Shown here: in pieces, positions 13,066 through 26,364 of the stretch
Numbering within the stretch: the stretch's first letter is position 1
How the letters are laid out: each line of letters begins with the position of its first letter
DNA from: Centroscyllium fabricii
Taxonomy: Eukaryota
Length of the DNA: 64,000 nt
Reading direction: 5' to 3'
Assembly (NCBI GenBank): GCA_051313645.2
Contig: JBNRSN020000003.1
Span: forward strand, 501,456,001-501,520,000
The notes under the pieces: model-generated
What the model was told of the DNA's origin: nothing
What the model saw: the letters and a program-made list of their open reading frames with translations, nothing else
Database searches by the model: none
Made by a program: the position numbers and the translations under genes

Positions 13066-15422
13066 TCCAACCTGCACTCCATGCAAACACAGCTCACTGC
13101 TGAGAATACAGGATCATGATAAGGAAGAAAGAATATGAGGTTGCGGGTTTGGGAGGTGCTGCCGAAGAATCCTTGGCGAGTTGCTGCAGTGCATCTTGCA
13201 GATGGTACACACTGCAGCCGCGGTACGCCGGTGGTGGAGGGAGTGAATGTTTGTTTAAGGTGGAGGATGGGGTGCCAATCAAGCAGGCTGCTTTCTCTTG
13301 GATGGTGTCGAGCTTCTTGAGTGTTGCTGGAGTGCACTCATCCAGGCAAGTGGAGAGTATTCCATCACATTCCTTACTTGTACCTTGTAGGTGGTGGAAA
13401 GGCTTTGGGGAGTCAGGAGTTGAGACACTCGCCACAGAATTCCCATCTTCTGACCTGCTCTATTTGCCACAGTATTTATGTGGCTGGTCCAGTTAAGTTT
13501 CTGGTCAATGGTGACCCCCCAGGATGTTGACTCAGAGAAATGTAGAAATAATAGGGTAATAATAGTAGGGGATTTCAACTTCCCCAATATTAACTGGGAT
13601 AGTTAGAGTGTGAAAGGCTTAGAGGGTGCGGAATTCTTAGAGTGCATCCAGGAGAGCTTTTTGAGCCAGCATGTGGAAAGTCCTACAAGAGAGGGGGTGG
13701 TAATGGACCCAATTCTAGGAAATGTAGCCGCGCAAATGGTAGAAGTATCAGTAGGAGAGCATTTTGGTGACAGTGACCATAATTCGGTGAGATTTAAGGT
13801 GGTCATGGAAAAGGACAAAGATGGACCAGAAATAAAGGTTCTAAATTGGAGGAAGGCCGATTTTAATATGAGAAGGCAGAATCTGGCCAAAGTGGACTGG
13901 GATCAGCTACTTGTCAGAAAGTCCACATCAGAGCAGTGGGAGTCTTTCAGAAAGGAAATAGAGAGAGTACAGTGCCAACATGTTCCCGTAAAGGTCAAGG
14001 GTGGGAACAATAAGTCCAGGGAACCCTGGATGTCAAGGGATATACAAGAATGGATTAGGGAAAAAAGAGAGGCTATTGGCAGATACAAAGGACTAAAAAC
14101 AGTGGAAGCCCTAGAGGAGTATAGAAAGTGCAGGGGGGTACTTAAAAAGGAAATTAGGAGAGCGAAGAGGGAACATGAAAATACACTGGCGGGCAAAATA
14201 AAGGAAAATCCCAAGGTGTTTTATAAGTATATTAAAGGCAAGAGGATAACCAGGGAAAGAGTAGGGCCCATTAGGGACCAAAGTGGCAATCTGTGTGCAG
14301 AGCTGGAAGATTTAGGTGGGGTTTTAAATGAATATTTTGCATCTGTGTTCACTATGGAGAAGGATGATGTAGGCATAGAAATCAGGCAGGGGGATTGTGA
14401 TATACGTGAACAAATTAGTATTGATAGGGAGGAGGTATTAGCGGTTTTAGCAGCCTTAAAAGTGGATAAATCCCCAGGCCCAGACGAGATGTATCCCAGG
14501 CTGCAGTGTGAAGCAAGGGAGGAGATTGCTGGGGCTCTGACACAAATTCTCAGAACCTCTCTGGCCACAGGGGAGGTGCCAGAGGACTGGAGGACAGCTA
14601 ACGTAGTACCATTACTCAAGAAGGGTAGTAGGGATAAACCAGGGAATTACAGACCAGTGAGCCTAACATCAGTGGTAGGAAAATTATTGGAAAAAATTCT
14701 GAGGGACAGAATTAGTCTCCACTAGGAGAGGCAAGGATTAATCAAGAATAGTCAGCGTGGCTTGTCAGGGGGAGATCGTGTCTAACCAATTTGATTAAAT
14801 TTTTCGAGGGGGTGACTAGGTGTGTGGATGAGGGTAGTGCAGTTGATGTAATCTACATGGACTTCAGTAAGGCTCTTGACAAAGTCCCACATGGGAAACT
14901 GGTCAAGAAGGTAAGAGCCCATGGGATCCAGGGCAATTTGACACATTGGATCCAAAATTGGTGTAGTGGCAGGAGGCAGAGGGTAATGGTCGAAGGTTAT
15001 TTTTGTGACTGGAAGCCTGTGTCCAATGGTGTACCGCAGGGATTGGTGCTGGGTCCCTTGCTGTTTGTAGTCAACATTAATGATTTATATATGAATGTAG
15101 GAGGTATGATCAGTAAGTCCGCAGATGACACGAAAATTGGTGGAGTGGTAAATAGCGAGCAGGGAAGCCTCAGGCTACAGGACGATATAGACGGGTTGGT
15201 TAGATGGGCAGAACAGTGGAAAATGCACTTTAATCCTGAAAGGTGTGAGGTGATGCATTTTGGGAGAACTAACAAGGCAAGGGAATACACAATGAATGGT
15301 AGGACTAGAGGGACCTTGGTGTGCAGCAGGATAGGTAGATAAGATGGTTAAAAAGGCATATGGGATACTTACCTTCATTAGCCGAGGCATAGAATATAAG
15401 AGCAGGGAGGTTATGATGGAGC

Positions 15423-18400
15423 TGTGGCGGTACGCCGGCTGGCGAATCCGCCTTGGGAGTACTGCGGGGCATAGCCACGCCCACCGGGTGACGCGATGAC
15501 GTCACCACGTCTCTCGGCGTGATGAGGTCACAAGCGGCGGGTAGTTTAAATAAGCCTGCTCCTCGTGGTTCAGTCTCTTTCTTGCTATGTAGTGTTAATT
15601 AAACAAGTGTTATCTGTCTCTCTGGCTCCTGTGTGGTTCTTGGGTCCTGCAAGCGCTACAGTGGTGACCCCGACTTGGAACGTCTTCCAAGGAGAAAACA
15701 GCAGCTACAGGACTGAAAACCAAGCAGCCTCAGAACACTTTCAAAAACAACATGACTTCCAGAAACCAAGCTTCTCGTTCACAAGGACTTGGCCAGAACC
15801 CCGGGCACAGACTAACTCTACCGGAGTTCTGGGAGCAACGCCCAGCAGCGTGGTTTATGTGTATAGAGACCAGCTGCTGCACACATGGCATCCAGGGGGA
15901 CGACCGCTACGATCTGGTCTTTTCGGCCCTACCGCAATCGACGATCGATCGGATGTGGTCGAAGCTACAGCGCGTGCCCGCAGCAGGCAGGTATGAATTT
16001 ATGAAGGCCGCGCTACTTAAAAAATTCACCCCCTCCCAGTTCGAGCGCGACTGCCAACTCCTTAACCTCCCCGAACTCGGGGACGCAGACCCATCGGACC
16101 TTTGGGGCCAAATGCAAGCGCTCACCGCCGATCCCGCCTCCCTGTTCCGCACCATATTCCTCCTTAAACTGCCCCCCTCCATCAGACCGGCCCTGGCGGC
16201 CTTCTGCCACCGGAGTGGGTACGAGCTAGCCGAGGAAGCCGACAGGCTCATGGCGGCCGAGCGCACCCGCTCCGCTACGTGCGACCTCACTGCCGCGGCA
16301 GTCAAGCCCACCCACTCGCCCCCCAGGTCCAACCCAACGCCTGAACCCAGGCCCCCGCGCCCTCCCAAGCAACCGCGTGCACCAAGCACCGGTCACTGCT
16401 ACTACCACGCGCGGTTCGGCACCAAAGCGCACCGCTGCGTCCTGCCCTGCACGTTCAAGCCACAGCCCGGCCCAGCCCCCACTATGTCTGTAGGACACAC
16501 CGGAGCACTGCTCTACATCACAGACAGCGGCACAGGCCTCCGGTTCCTCTGCGACACAGGCGCACAGCACAGCATCGTGCCAGCCTCCCCTGCAGAAGCC
16601 AAAAAAGGCACCCGGGGCCCGCCACTCGCGGCGGCCAACGGCTCGGACATCAAAACGTACGGCACCCGCAAGCTAACAATCCAGCTTGCCGGCCACACGT
16701 ACCAATGGGAGTTTGTCACGGCCCAGGTCACTTCACCCCTCCTCGGGGCAGATTTCCTCTGCGCCCACGGCCTCCTGGTCGACATGACCCGGCGCCGCCT
16801 GGTTGACATTCAAAATATGTCGACCATCCCATGCTCCACAGGGCCCGCACTCCTGGCCCACGCGGCGGCACAATGCCGCGCCCGGAACTCTGACGCGTAC
16901 GGCTCGCTCCTCGCTGAGTTCCCAGCCCTTACCAATCCCACCTTCACCGCCCGCACGGCCAAACACGGGGTGGAACACTTTATCATCACCACCGGCCCTC
17001 CCGTGCATGCCCATGCCCGCAGGCTGGACCCGGCCAAGCTGGAGATTGCGCGCACCGAGTTCCACACTATGGAGCAACTCGGCATAATCCGCCGCTCCAG
17101 CAGCCCCCTGGGCCTCTCCCCTCCACATCGCCCCCAAGCCGGGCGGGGATTGGCGCCCCTGCGGCGACTACCGCCGCCTCAACAACGCCACCACCCCGGA
17201 TAGGTACCCCGTACCCCACATCCAGGATTTCTCTGCCAGGCTAGCGGGCTGCACAATCTTCTCCAAGATCGACCTGGTGCATGGCTACCACCAGGTCCCG
17301 GTGCACCCGGCGGATGTCCCTAAGACAGCCGTAATTACCCCCTTCGGCCTGTTCGAGTTCCTCAGGATGCCCTTTGGACTCAAAAACGCGGCCCAGGCCT
17401 TTCAGCGCCTAATGGACTCAGTCCTACGGGACTTACAGTTCATTTTCGTCTACTTAGACGACATCCTCGTGGCCAGCACCTCCCCCCAGGAGCACCTCCT
17501 GCATCTCAGGACCCTGTTCCAGCGCCTGACCGAACACGGCCTCATATTAAGCCCCTCTAAATGTAAATTCGGTCTAGATATTATAGACTTCCTGGGCCAC
17601 CGCATTTCCAAAACCGGGGCCATACCCCTGCCCTCCAAAGTGCAGGCAGTTCAGTAATTCCCCCGCCCGCACTCCATTAAGGGCCTGCAGGAGTTCCTCG
17701 GGATGGTTAACTTCTATAACCGCTTCATCCGAGGTGCAGCCGCTCTCATGGCCCCCCTATACCAGGCCACACGCGGCCAGTCCGGCAAAACTGCGGTCGA
17801 GTGGACGGCCGACGCCGCCACCGCGTTTACCGCAACCAAGACCGCCCTGGCCAATGCCACCCTCCTAGCCCACCCCAGGCCCAACGCCAGAGTGGCCCTC
17901 ACCACTGACGCCTCCGACCATGCTGTCGGGGCCGTTTTCGAACAGTGGGCGGGCAACTCCTGGCAGCCCCTGGCCTTTTTCAGCCGGCAACTACGGCCCC
18001 CGGAGGTCAAGTACAGCGCCTCTGACAGGGAGCTCCTCGCTCTCTACCTCGCTGTGCGCCATTTTCGCTTCCTCCTGGAGGGCCGTCCCTTCACAGCTTT
18101 CGTCGATCATAAGCCGCTCATATTTGCAATGGCTAAGATCGCCGAACCCTGGTCGGCCAGGCAGCAGCGCCAACTCGCAGCCGTGTCGGAGTTCACTACC
18201 GACATCCAACACATCTCCGGCCGCGACAACGTGGTTGCTGACTGCCTGTCACGTCCCACCATTAACGCCGAAAAATGGCGGTCGACTACGCCAAGCTGGC
18301 AGCAGACCAGCTGGTAGACCCAGACCTGCTCGACCCAGCAGAAAAACTCCCTGGCCTACGCTTGGCCAACATCGCACATGGCCCCGCGGCTACCGTAGTC

Positions 18401-19852
18401 TGCTGCAACGTATCGTTACCGCAGCCCAGACCCGTCGTCCCCCACGCATGGAGGCGGCGCATTTTCGAGACCCTCCATGGCCTGTCCCACCCCGGCACCC
18501 GCGCCTCCATTAAACTTATTTCGGCCCGTTTCGTGTGGCGTGGCCTACGCAAAGACGTCCGCGCCTGGACCAACGCCTGCATCGCCTGCCAGCGCGCCAA
18601 AGTGCACAAGCACATCAAGGCCCCGCTGGAAACGTTTACCGTGCCGGCCAGGCGCTTCGACCACGTCCATGTCGATCTCGTCGGACCACTGCCGCCATCC
18701 CGGGGCCACACACACGTCATGACCATGGTCGACCGCAACACTTGCTGGCCAGAAGCAGTCCCCCTGGTTGCTACCAACACCACGGACCTGGCCAGGGCGT
18801 TCATCGCGACTTGGGTCGCCCGTTTCGGCGTGCCCACCGAAATCACGTCGGACAGAGGTCCCCAATTTACGTCGGCACTATGGGCGGCCATCGCCTGCGA
18901 CCTCGGGGTGACCCTGCATAGAACCACCGCGTACCACCCACAAGCTGACGGGCTCTGCGAAAGGTTCCACCGCTCCATGAAAGCATCCCTGCGGGCCAGC
19001 CTCAAAGACGCATCATGGACAGACCGTCTTCCTTGGGTACTGCTCGGACTATGCTCGGCGGCCAAAGAAGATTTGTATGCCTCAGCAGCGGAACTCGTCT
19101 ACGGCCAGACTTTAAGAGTGCCGGGCGAGTTTCTCGCTGAATCAAACGCTCCCTGGTCGGCCGACCAGTTCCTCAAGGACTTTGCCAACCCGGCACGAGC
19201 GTTCACACCCTTACCGGTGGCCTGGCACGGAGAGCCGGCGGCACGTGTACCGGACAGCATCAAGCACGCAAAGTACGTGTTCGTCCGGCACGACGCCCAT
19301 CGTTCACCTCTACGGCCACCTTACGACGGCCCCTACAGAGTGCTTCGGGCGGGATCCAAAGCTTTTCAGCTACAGCTGGGCAATCGGACAGAAACTGTCT
19401 CCATCGACCGGCTGAAACCGGCACACGTAATAGCGGGCGACGCGACAGTCCCCGCCCAACCACCTCAACGCGGACGCCCTCCCGCACCAACACCCGCCCA
19501 CACTCCACCACAGCACCAGGAGCAACGCACGACACATGCCGGCCGCATCTTACGGCCACCACGACGCCTCGCATAAGACTCTTTTTCCTCTCGGACGGAT
19601 TCTGTGGGGAGCTGTGTGGCGGTACGCCGGCTGGCGAATCCGCCTCGGGAGTACTGCGGGGCATAGCCCCGCCCACCGGGTGACGCGATGACGTCACCAC
19701 GTCTCTCGGCGTGATGAGGTCACGAGCGGCGGGTAGTTTAAATAAGCCTGCTCCTCGTGGTTCAGTCTCTTTCCTGCTATGTAGTGTTAATTAAACAAGT
19801 GTTATCTGTCTCTCCGGCTCCTGTGTGGTTCTTGGGTCCTGCAAGCACTACA
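15423..19852 (+). mobile_element. Gypsy element B, CsRn1-like, full length
   Basis: 238-bp LTRs 15423-15660 and 19615-19852 (about 6 mismatches); TSD GAGC; PBS TGGTGACCCCGAC (tRNA-Trp) at 15662; PPT at ~19605. Confidence 0.95.
15752..19576 (+). pseudogene. gag-pol of element B (Gag-CHCC, protease, RT, RNaseH, integrase)
   Basis: CYYHARFGTKAHRCVLPC (CHCC), LCDTGA, YLDD, TDAS, HHCC/DDE and GPY motifs; frameshifts near 17105 and 18272, stop at 17655-17657. Confidence 0.92.
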
Positions 19853-20550
19853 GAGCTATACAAAACGTTAATTAGGCCACAGCTGGAGTACTGTGTGCAG
19901 TTCTGGTCACCACACTATAGGAAAGATGTGATTGCATTGGAGAGGGTGCAGAGGAGATTCACCAGGATGTTACCTGGGCTGGAGCGCTTCAGCTATGAAG
20001 AGAGACTGGACAGGCTGGGGTTGTTTTCCTTGGAGCAGAGAAGGCTGAGGGGGGCCTGATTGAGGTGTACAAAATTATGAGGGGCATAGATAGAGTAGAT
20101 AGAAAGGAACTTTTCCCTTTAGTAGAGGGGTCAATAACCAGGGGGCATAGTTTCAAGGTAAGGGGCAGGAGGTTTAGAGGGGATTTGAGGAAAACCTTTT
20201 CACCAAGAGGGTGGTTGAAATCTGGAACTCACTGCCTGAAAGGGTGGTAGAGGCAGGAACCCTCAACATTCAAGAAGCATTTAGATTAGCACTTGAAACC
20301 CAAGGCTACGGACCAAGTGCTGGAAAATGGGAATAGAATAGACAGGGCTTAATGGCCGGTGTGCACACGATAGGCAAAGGGCCTCTTTCTGTGCTGTATA
20401 ACTCTATGACTCGACTCTATGATTCGGTGATGGTAATGCCATTGAATGTCAAGGGGTGATGGTTAGACTCTCGCTTGTTGGAGATAGTCATTGCCTGGCA
20501 CTTGTGTGGCAGGAATGTTACCTGCCACTTATCAGCTCAAGCATGAACGT

Positions 20551-23500
20551 TGTGGGGAACGGTAGTTTCCCACTCTTTAAATATTAAGAAACGGAGGAAA
20601 ACAGCTGAGCAAAATCAAACAAGTCTTTATTCAACTTCATCCACGCAGAACTGCTGGAAAACGGTGCGAAAATGCAAAACACGGTGGGGCTCTTGAGTGA
20701 CAGCCCTTCGGACCAGTCAGGGGCCATAACCGTTGACCTAACTTAACCAATGGGGATACAGGGGGCGGGCCCGTTCGGGAAAGGTGGATTCTGAATCCTA
20801 GAGAGACCGGATGTCTCTCTTGAGTGGCTACGCTACACACGCCCCCCCCAGAATCCTCATACACATGGTACGTCAGCCTCCGAGGAGGCTTGATAAGGCG
20901 GCTGCAACGAGTGCGATAGGCCGCCAGTGCAGGAGAGGACACCGGGGAGTTGTGTACTGGACTAGGGGGTAACTGCGCCGTAGGAGCGAAAGGAAGCAAA
21001 ACCGGGGGCGAAACTGCGACCGGAGCTGTACTCGGGGGCGTAAAGACTTTGGGACCTGCTGGGGGTACGCTCAGAAAAAGTAGGTCTCCTGGGGCGGAGC
21101 CAGGGAAGGTTGTTCCTGTACGGTGGGGTTCAAATGGGCCGGTTTAAGACGGTCGATAGACACGCGGTCCTGTCGACCCCAAACCTCCAGGAGAAAAGAT
21201 TTGTCGCCAGCCTCCAGCACCCTGAAAGGGCCAGTGTATGGTGCCTGCAAGGGGGTTTCTGTGAGCGTCATGACGCACAAAGACAAATTTAACCCCGACG
21301 GAGCTCAGTAGGCATGTGGGACAGACAGGCACCATGCCGAGAGGTGGGCATAGGGAGAAAACGGTGCGCCGCATCGTTAAGCTGGGCGAGTTGCTCGCCG
21401 GCCGACCAAGGGTCGGTGGTGGAGGGAAAGAATTCTCCTGGATCACGCAAGGGCTGTCCAAAAACGAGTTCGGCAACCCCAGCAAAACCCAAGGTAGCCT
21501 GTCCAGCCAATTGGCATCAACCAGGCTAGCTCGGAGTGAAGCCTTAAGGGTGCGGTGGAAGCATTCACAAATGCCATTAGACTGCGGGCGGTATGCAGTT
21601 GTGCGGTGCACTTGCGTACCTTGGCCGGTGGCAATTGCATTCCAGAGTTGAGAGGAAAACTGTGGGCCCCTGTCGGAAGTGATGTCCGACGGTACCCCAA
21701 AACGGGCCACCCAAGAAAAAATGAAGGCGCATGCGACGTCGGCCGCGGTGGTGGAAGAAAGAGGTACAACCTCTGGCCACCTGGTGGTGCTGTCTATGAC
21801 AGTAAGGAGATGTGTGAAACCCTGTGATGGGGGCAATGGGCCCACCAGGTTAACATGGACATGATCAAAGCGCCGCTCGGGCACCGGAAAATCTTGCAAA
21901 GGAGCTTTGGTATGTTGATGGACCTTGGCGTGCTGACAGTCCTGCCAGGTGTTGGTCCAGTCGCGCACGTCTTTATGCAGGCTGGGCCAAACGAATTTGG
22001 CGGACATGAGCTTCTGAGAAGCCCGCATTCCCGGGTGTGAGAGGCCATGTACCAATTGGAAAATGCACCTGTGCCAGGAGGTAGGCACCAATGGCCTAGG
22101 GGTAGGGACGGACACGTCACACAAAAGGGTTGTGCCGGCGTCGTGAAAATGTACGTCTGCCAGGGTCAGGCTGGTGGACGCGGCACGAAGAGCCTGCAGC
22201 TCAGTGTCTGCTCACTGGGCGCGTGCCATTTCAACGTAATCAACACCAACGTGGACTGCATTGAGAGAAGGACGGGACAGGCAGTCCGCAACAACATTAT
22301 CTTTACCGGACACGTGACGAATATCCGTTGTAAATTCGGAAATGAAATTCAGTTGGCGCTGTTGGCGACCTGACCAAGGCTCTGTGACCTTAAACATGGC
22401 AAAAATGAGTGGTTTATGGTCCACGTAGGCCGTAAAAGGACGGCCCTCTAGAAGGAAGCGAAAATGCCGCACCGCGAAAAAAAGAGCTAGCAGTTCTCGA
22501 TCGAACGTGCTATACGAGAGCTCATTTTTCCGCAGCAGGCGGCTAAAAAAGGCAAGGGGCTGCCAGGCACCGTCCACCCACTGCTGCTGAACGGCGCCAA
22601 CGGCATGGTCCGAGGCATCCGTCGTGAGCGACAGTGAAGCTTCCGGATTGGGGTGTGACAAAAGGGTGGCTTCAGCCAAAGCCAACTTAGCGAGGCGAAA
22701 AGCCTCAAGCATATCGGCCGACCATTGAAGGCCATCCTTACTGGTCTTGCCCCTGGTAGCCTCGTACAGGGGGCGCATGATGGAGGCCGCTTGGGGAATG
22801 AATCGGTGGTAAAAATGAACCATTCCAAGAAATTCCTGGAATGCCTTAACCGAGTTAGGCTGGGTATAATCCGCGACCGCTTGCACCTTGGAGCGGTTCA
22901 TTAAGCGTGTGGGCATGTAATCACCGAGAACTGGGAGTTCGAGAAGTTGCCGGGCCCGCACGGCCTCCGGTAGGCCATGGGCTTGTAGCAAGCGCTTCTT
23001 GATGGCAGCGTACCTGTCGGCTGTCAGCGGGTCGCGGAGCAGGTCGACAATGTCGGCGGCGACGTGGCTCGGCAGGGCTGTAACAACGAGGAGATAGCAG
23101 TCCTCATCTTGAGTGATGCGTCGTAATCGAAACTGTGCCTCCGTTTGAATGAACCAAGCGGCTGCTTTGTGTTCCCAAAAGGTAGGGAGACTTGTAGTCG
23201 ACGGCCGGTCAGTCTGATTGGCCGCTGCGGGCGTGTTCGGGTCAGTGTTGTCTGTAGCTAACATTTGGGGTCACCAATTGTGGGGAACGGTAGTTTCCCA
23301 CTCTTTAAATATTAAGAAACGGAGGAAAACAGCGGAGCAAAATCAAACAAGTCTTTATTCAACTTCATCCACACAGAACTGCTGGAAAACGGCACGAAAA
23401 CGCAAAGCACTGTGGGGCTCTTGAGTGACAGCCCTTCGGACCAGTCAGGGGCCGTAACCGTTGACCTAACTTAACCAATGGGGAAACGGGGGCGGGCCCG

Positions 23501-23564
23501 TTCGGGAAAGGTGGATTCTGAGTCCTAGAGAGATCGTATGTCTCTCCTGAGTGGCTACGCTGCA
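20551..23564 (-). mobile_element. Gypsy element E, CsRn1-like, internally deleted
   Basis: LTRs 23279-23564 (5') and 20551-20837 (3'); TSD ACGT; PBS TGGTGACCCC at 23267-23276; G-rich PPT at 20841-20850. Confidence 0.93.
20860..23264 (-). pseudogene. Gag-RNaseH fusion and integrase of element E
   Basis: ORF 22212-23264 joins Gag (LPTFWEHKAAAWF) in frame to SKVQAV...TDAS; integrase ORF 21144-22124 has frameshifts at its 3' end. Confidence 0.88.
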
Positions 23565-23621
23565 ACGTCATCCAGGTCTTGCTACCTGCGGGCATGGACT
23601 CTTCATTACCTGAAGAGTTGG

Positions 23622-23693
23622 CTGTAAAGCGCTTTGCGACATCCTGAGGTCATAAATGGCACTGTATAAATGCAAGTCTTTTTCTTTCTTTTT
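23622..23693 (+). mobile_element. L2-type LINE/SINE 3' tail
   Basis: GTAAAGCGCTTTG...TATAAATGCAAGTCTTT followed by a short T-rich repeat. Confidence 0.6.
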
Positions 23694-24227
23694 AGTTGAA
23701 TCCTGGGACTGTAATTTTTAATGCCCCTGAACCTTTCTATCTATTTTTCGGTTGCCCCTACTTGGTTTACTTTACAAGTTTAAAATTGATTATCCAAACT
23801 GATCCCCCTGTTACAGCAAAACATTCGGCACTTTATTGGAGAAATTCAAAACTAATCGCCACCCCATCACTGCAGCAGAAAACGCAGGGTTCTGGAGATA
23901 TCTTAATTACAAGCTGGATGTTCTGTGTATTCCTGATTTTTGCTTTTGATCAAGAATTTACTAAACCACAATTGACAAAAGAACTAAGGGCATTGATTTA
24001 CAGTTCTCACAGAAACATGGAATAGTGGAATTCAATCCCCAAAAACCGGTAACAATTCTGGAGTTCCGTGTAATAAAAATGGAATTTAATTTATTCAGTC
24101 ACTGGAAACCAATGTGCCTAACTGTAAAAGGGTTGGATCTCAGAATGTGTCTCTAAAACACTGATTTAAAAGAAAATCCCCCCAAAATCCCAATTAAAAC
24201 AGAATTTGACATATTCAGTCACCACGT

Positions 24228-25076
24228 GGGCTGGAGTTTGCCAGCCCTGGGGAGGCGGGTTTGGAGGCGGAACTGCTGGGAAAATGGCAGAATCTGGGGG
24301 TGGGTACCCATCCCGCCCAGAATCTGGGGGTGGGTACCCATCCCGCCCCCAACCCACCTCCGTGCCATCTTCCCAGGAGGCAGGTACCCGACCCACGCCG
24401 GGTCCCGTCGCCTGGAGCCGGGAAGGGGATTACAGCCGCTTAACTGCCTGTTAACAGATAGTTAACAGGCAGTTCAGAGGATTATCCCCATTTTTCCAAC
24501 AGAGGCGCGGGCTTCCCAACATTGGGAAACCTCACCAGGGTCACCGAGGCGAGCAGTGGGACTGCGGGGGTCTGCGGGGTGCAAAAGAGCGCCGGTGAAG
24601 GTTAGTAATGTGTGCAAGTGTGAAGAAGCAAGTATGTGAGGGGAGTGGAAAGTGTTAGAAAAGCTTTACGTACCTTTGTTTCTTCCTGCAGGCTTCAACA
24701 GTTGGGGAACGGGATACTCTGGCATCTCCACAGCAGAGATGACAGAATGGCTGCTGCATTCTCCGATGTAATAGCCATCTATTTTCTGCTCAGCAGATAG
24801 GTTTGATGAGTCTTGAATACAAGGGCTCACCAAACAACAGAGAATGTCAATATTTGACAGCTTCTCAAAGCTGTCAAACGATGACAATTCATCTCTCAAA
24901 ATTTTTGCTCTGCATCTGGCGTCCCCTTAATTGTCTTGCTAAGCCCGCTGGGCGGGCTCAACAAGGTCAATCAAGGGAAAATAGCGTGGGTTGACTCGAC
25001 GCTGATGGAGGTGGGGCTAAAACCCAACAAGCAGCAGTCCTGCCTCCAACGAGCCCCCATTGGCAAAACTACCCCC
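24228..25076. mobile_element. PIF/Harbinger-like MITE
   Basis: Imperfect TIR GGGCTGGAGTTTGCC / GGCAAAACTACCCCC; internal 30-bp tandem duplication at 24288-24347. Confidence 0.6.
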
Positions 25077-25726
25077 GTTAATAGCCCGACTTTCACACAT
25101 AAGAGAAGCAGAGGCATAAAGATTTATACAGCAAGAGGATTAATTCCATTTTCACAGCTTTGCATATATGCCAAGTTTTGTTCTTAATGGTAGCCAAGCA
25201 GGAATCTGTATCTTTTGAACTCAAAAAGCCATCGAACATGTCAGAGTTGGAGTCTTTTGGAAAGAATGCTGTATTACTGACCCGATGAAACTCTGCCATT
25301 TTCATGTTATTCATCTAATTGTATAGAAAGGGCAATCATTTAATGACCGTTAAATACAAGTCTGGTGGCATCCTGACCTTCCACAGCAGTGCCCACTGGA
25401 TAACTGTTATTAATGTATGATGGTTTGAACAAGCCATTCAGTAGTTGAGGGTAGTGCAGTGGATGTGGTATACATGGATTTCAGTAAGGCTTTTGATAAA
25501 GTCCCGCATAGGAGACTGGTCAAGAAGGTAAGAGCCCATGGGATCCAGGGCACAGTGGATCCAAAACTGGCTTAGTGGCAGAAGGCAGAGGGTGATGGTC
25601 GATGGTTGTTTTTGTGACTGGAAGCCTGTGTCCAGCAGGGTACCGCAGGGTCCCTTGTTGTTTGTAGTCTACATTAATGATTTGGATATGAATGTAAAAG
25701 GTATGATCAGCAAGTTCGCAGATGAC

Positions 25727-26317
25727 TCATCAGGGGAAGGCACCAGCAGCCAGACTCATGGCACCATGACTGGCTCTGCTGCAAAGAAGGGCGGGAAAAA
25801 GAGTGGCAGGGCTATAGTGATAGGGGACTCAATCGTAAGGGGAATAGATAGGAGTTTCTGTGGCCGCGACCGAGACTCCAGGATGGTATATTGCCTCCCT
25901 GGTGCAAGGGTCAAGGATGTCTCGGAGAGGGTACAGAAAATTCTGGGGGGGGAGGGGGAACAGCCAGTTGTCGTGGTACATGTTGGTACCAACGATGTAG
26001 CCAAAAAAAGGGAGGAGGTCCTACAAGCAGAATTTAGGGAGCTAGGAGCTAAGCTGAAAAGTAGGACCTCGAAGGTAGTAATCTCTGGATTACTACCAGT
26101 GCCACGTGCTAGTCAGAATACAGAGAGCAGGATAGAGAGGCTGAATACGTGGCTTGAGCAGTGGTGTAAGAGGGAGGGTTTTAAATTTTTGAGGCATTGG
26201 AACCAGTTCTGTGGGAGGTGTGACCTATACAAAAGGGACGGTCTACACCTATGCAGAGATGGAACTGATGTTCTCGGGGTAATATTTGCTAAAGCAGTTC
26301 GGGAGCATTTAAACTAG
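25727..26317 (+). pseudogene. CR1 ORF1 C-terminal SGNH/GDSL esterase domain (N-terminus missing)
   Basis: IGDSIVR, PGA, HVGTND and DGLHL motifs of the SGNH fold typical of CR1 ORF1p. Confidence 0.9.
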
Positions 26318-26364
26318 TATGGCAGGGGGGTAGGAACCTATGTAGTGAAAAAGAGGAAAGCAAA

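Larger units (their letters stand above)
13531..20423 (+). mobile_element. 5'-truncated CR1 LINE (APE-RT pseudogene) interrupted by Gypsy B
   Basis: VGDFNFP, SDHN, KSPGPD, NYRPVSLT and PQG motifs (ORFs 13610-14725, 14791-15342); resumes at 19857 ([13 protein letters not shown]); (CTCTATGA)n-like tail at ~20400-20423. Confidence 0.9.
13095..23620 (-). mobile_element. LINE fragment (same family as 11800-12822) broken into 13095-13530, 20424-20550 and 23569-23620 by nested insertions
   Basis: GVTIDQKLNWTSHINTVA...YKVQVRNVMEYSPLAW in ORF 13279-13587; sequence resumes after the CR1 tail and after the TSD of element E. Confidence 0.75.
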
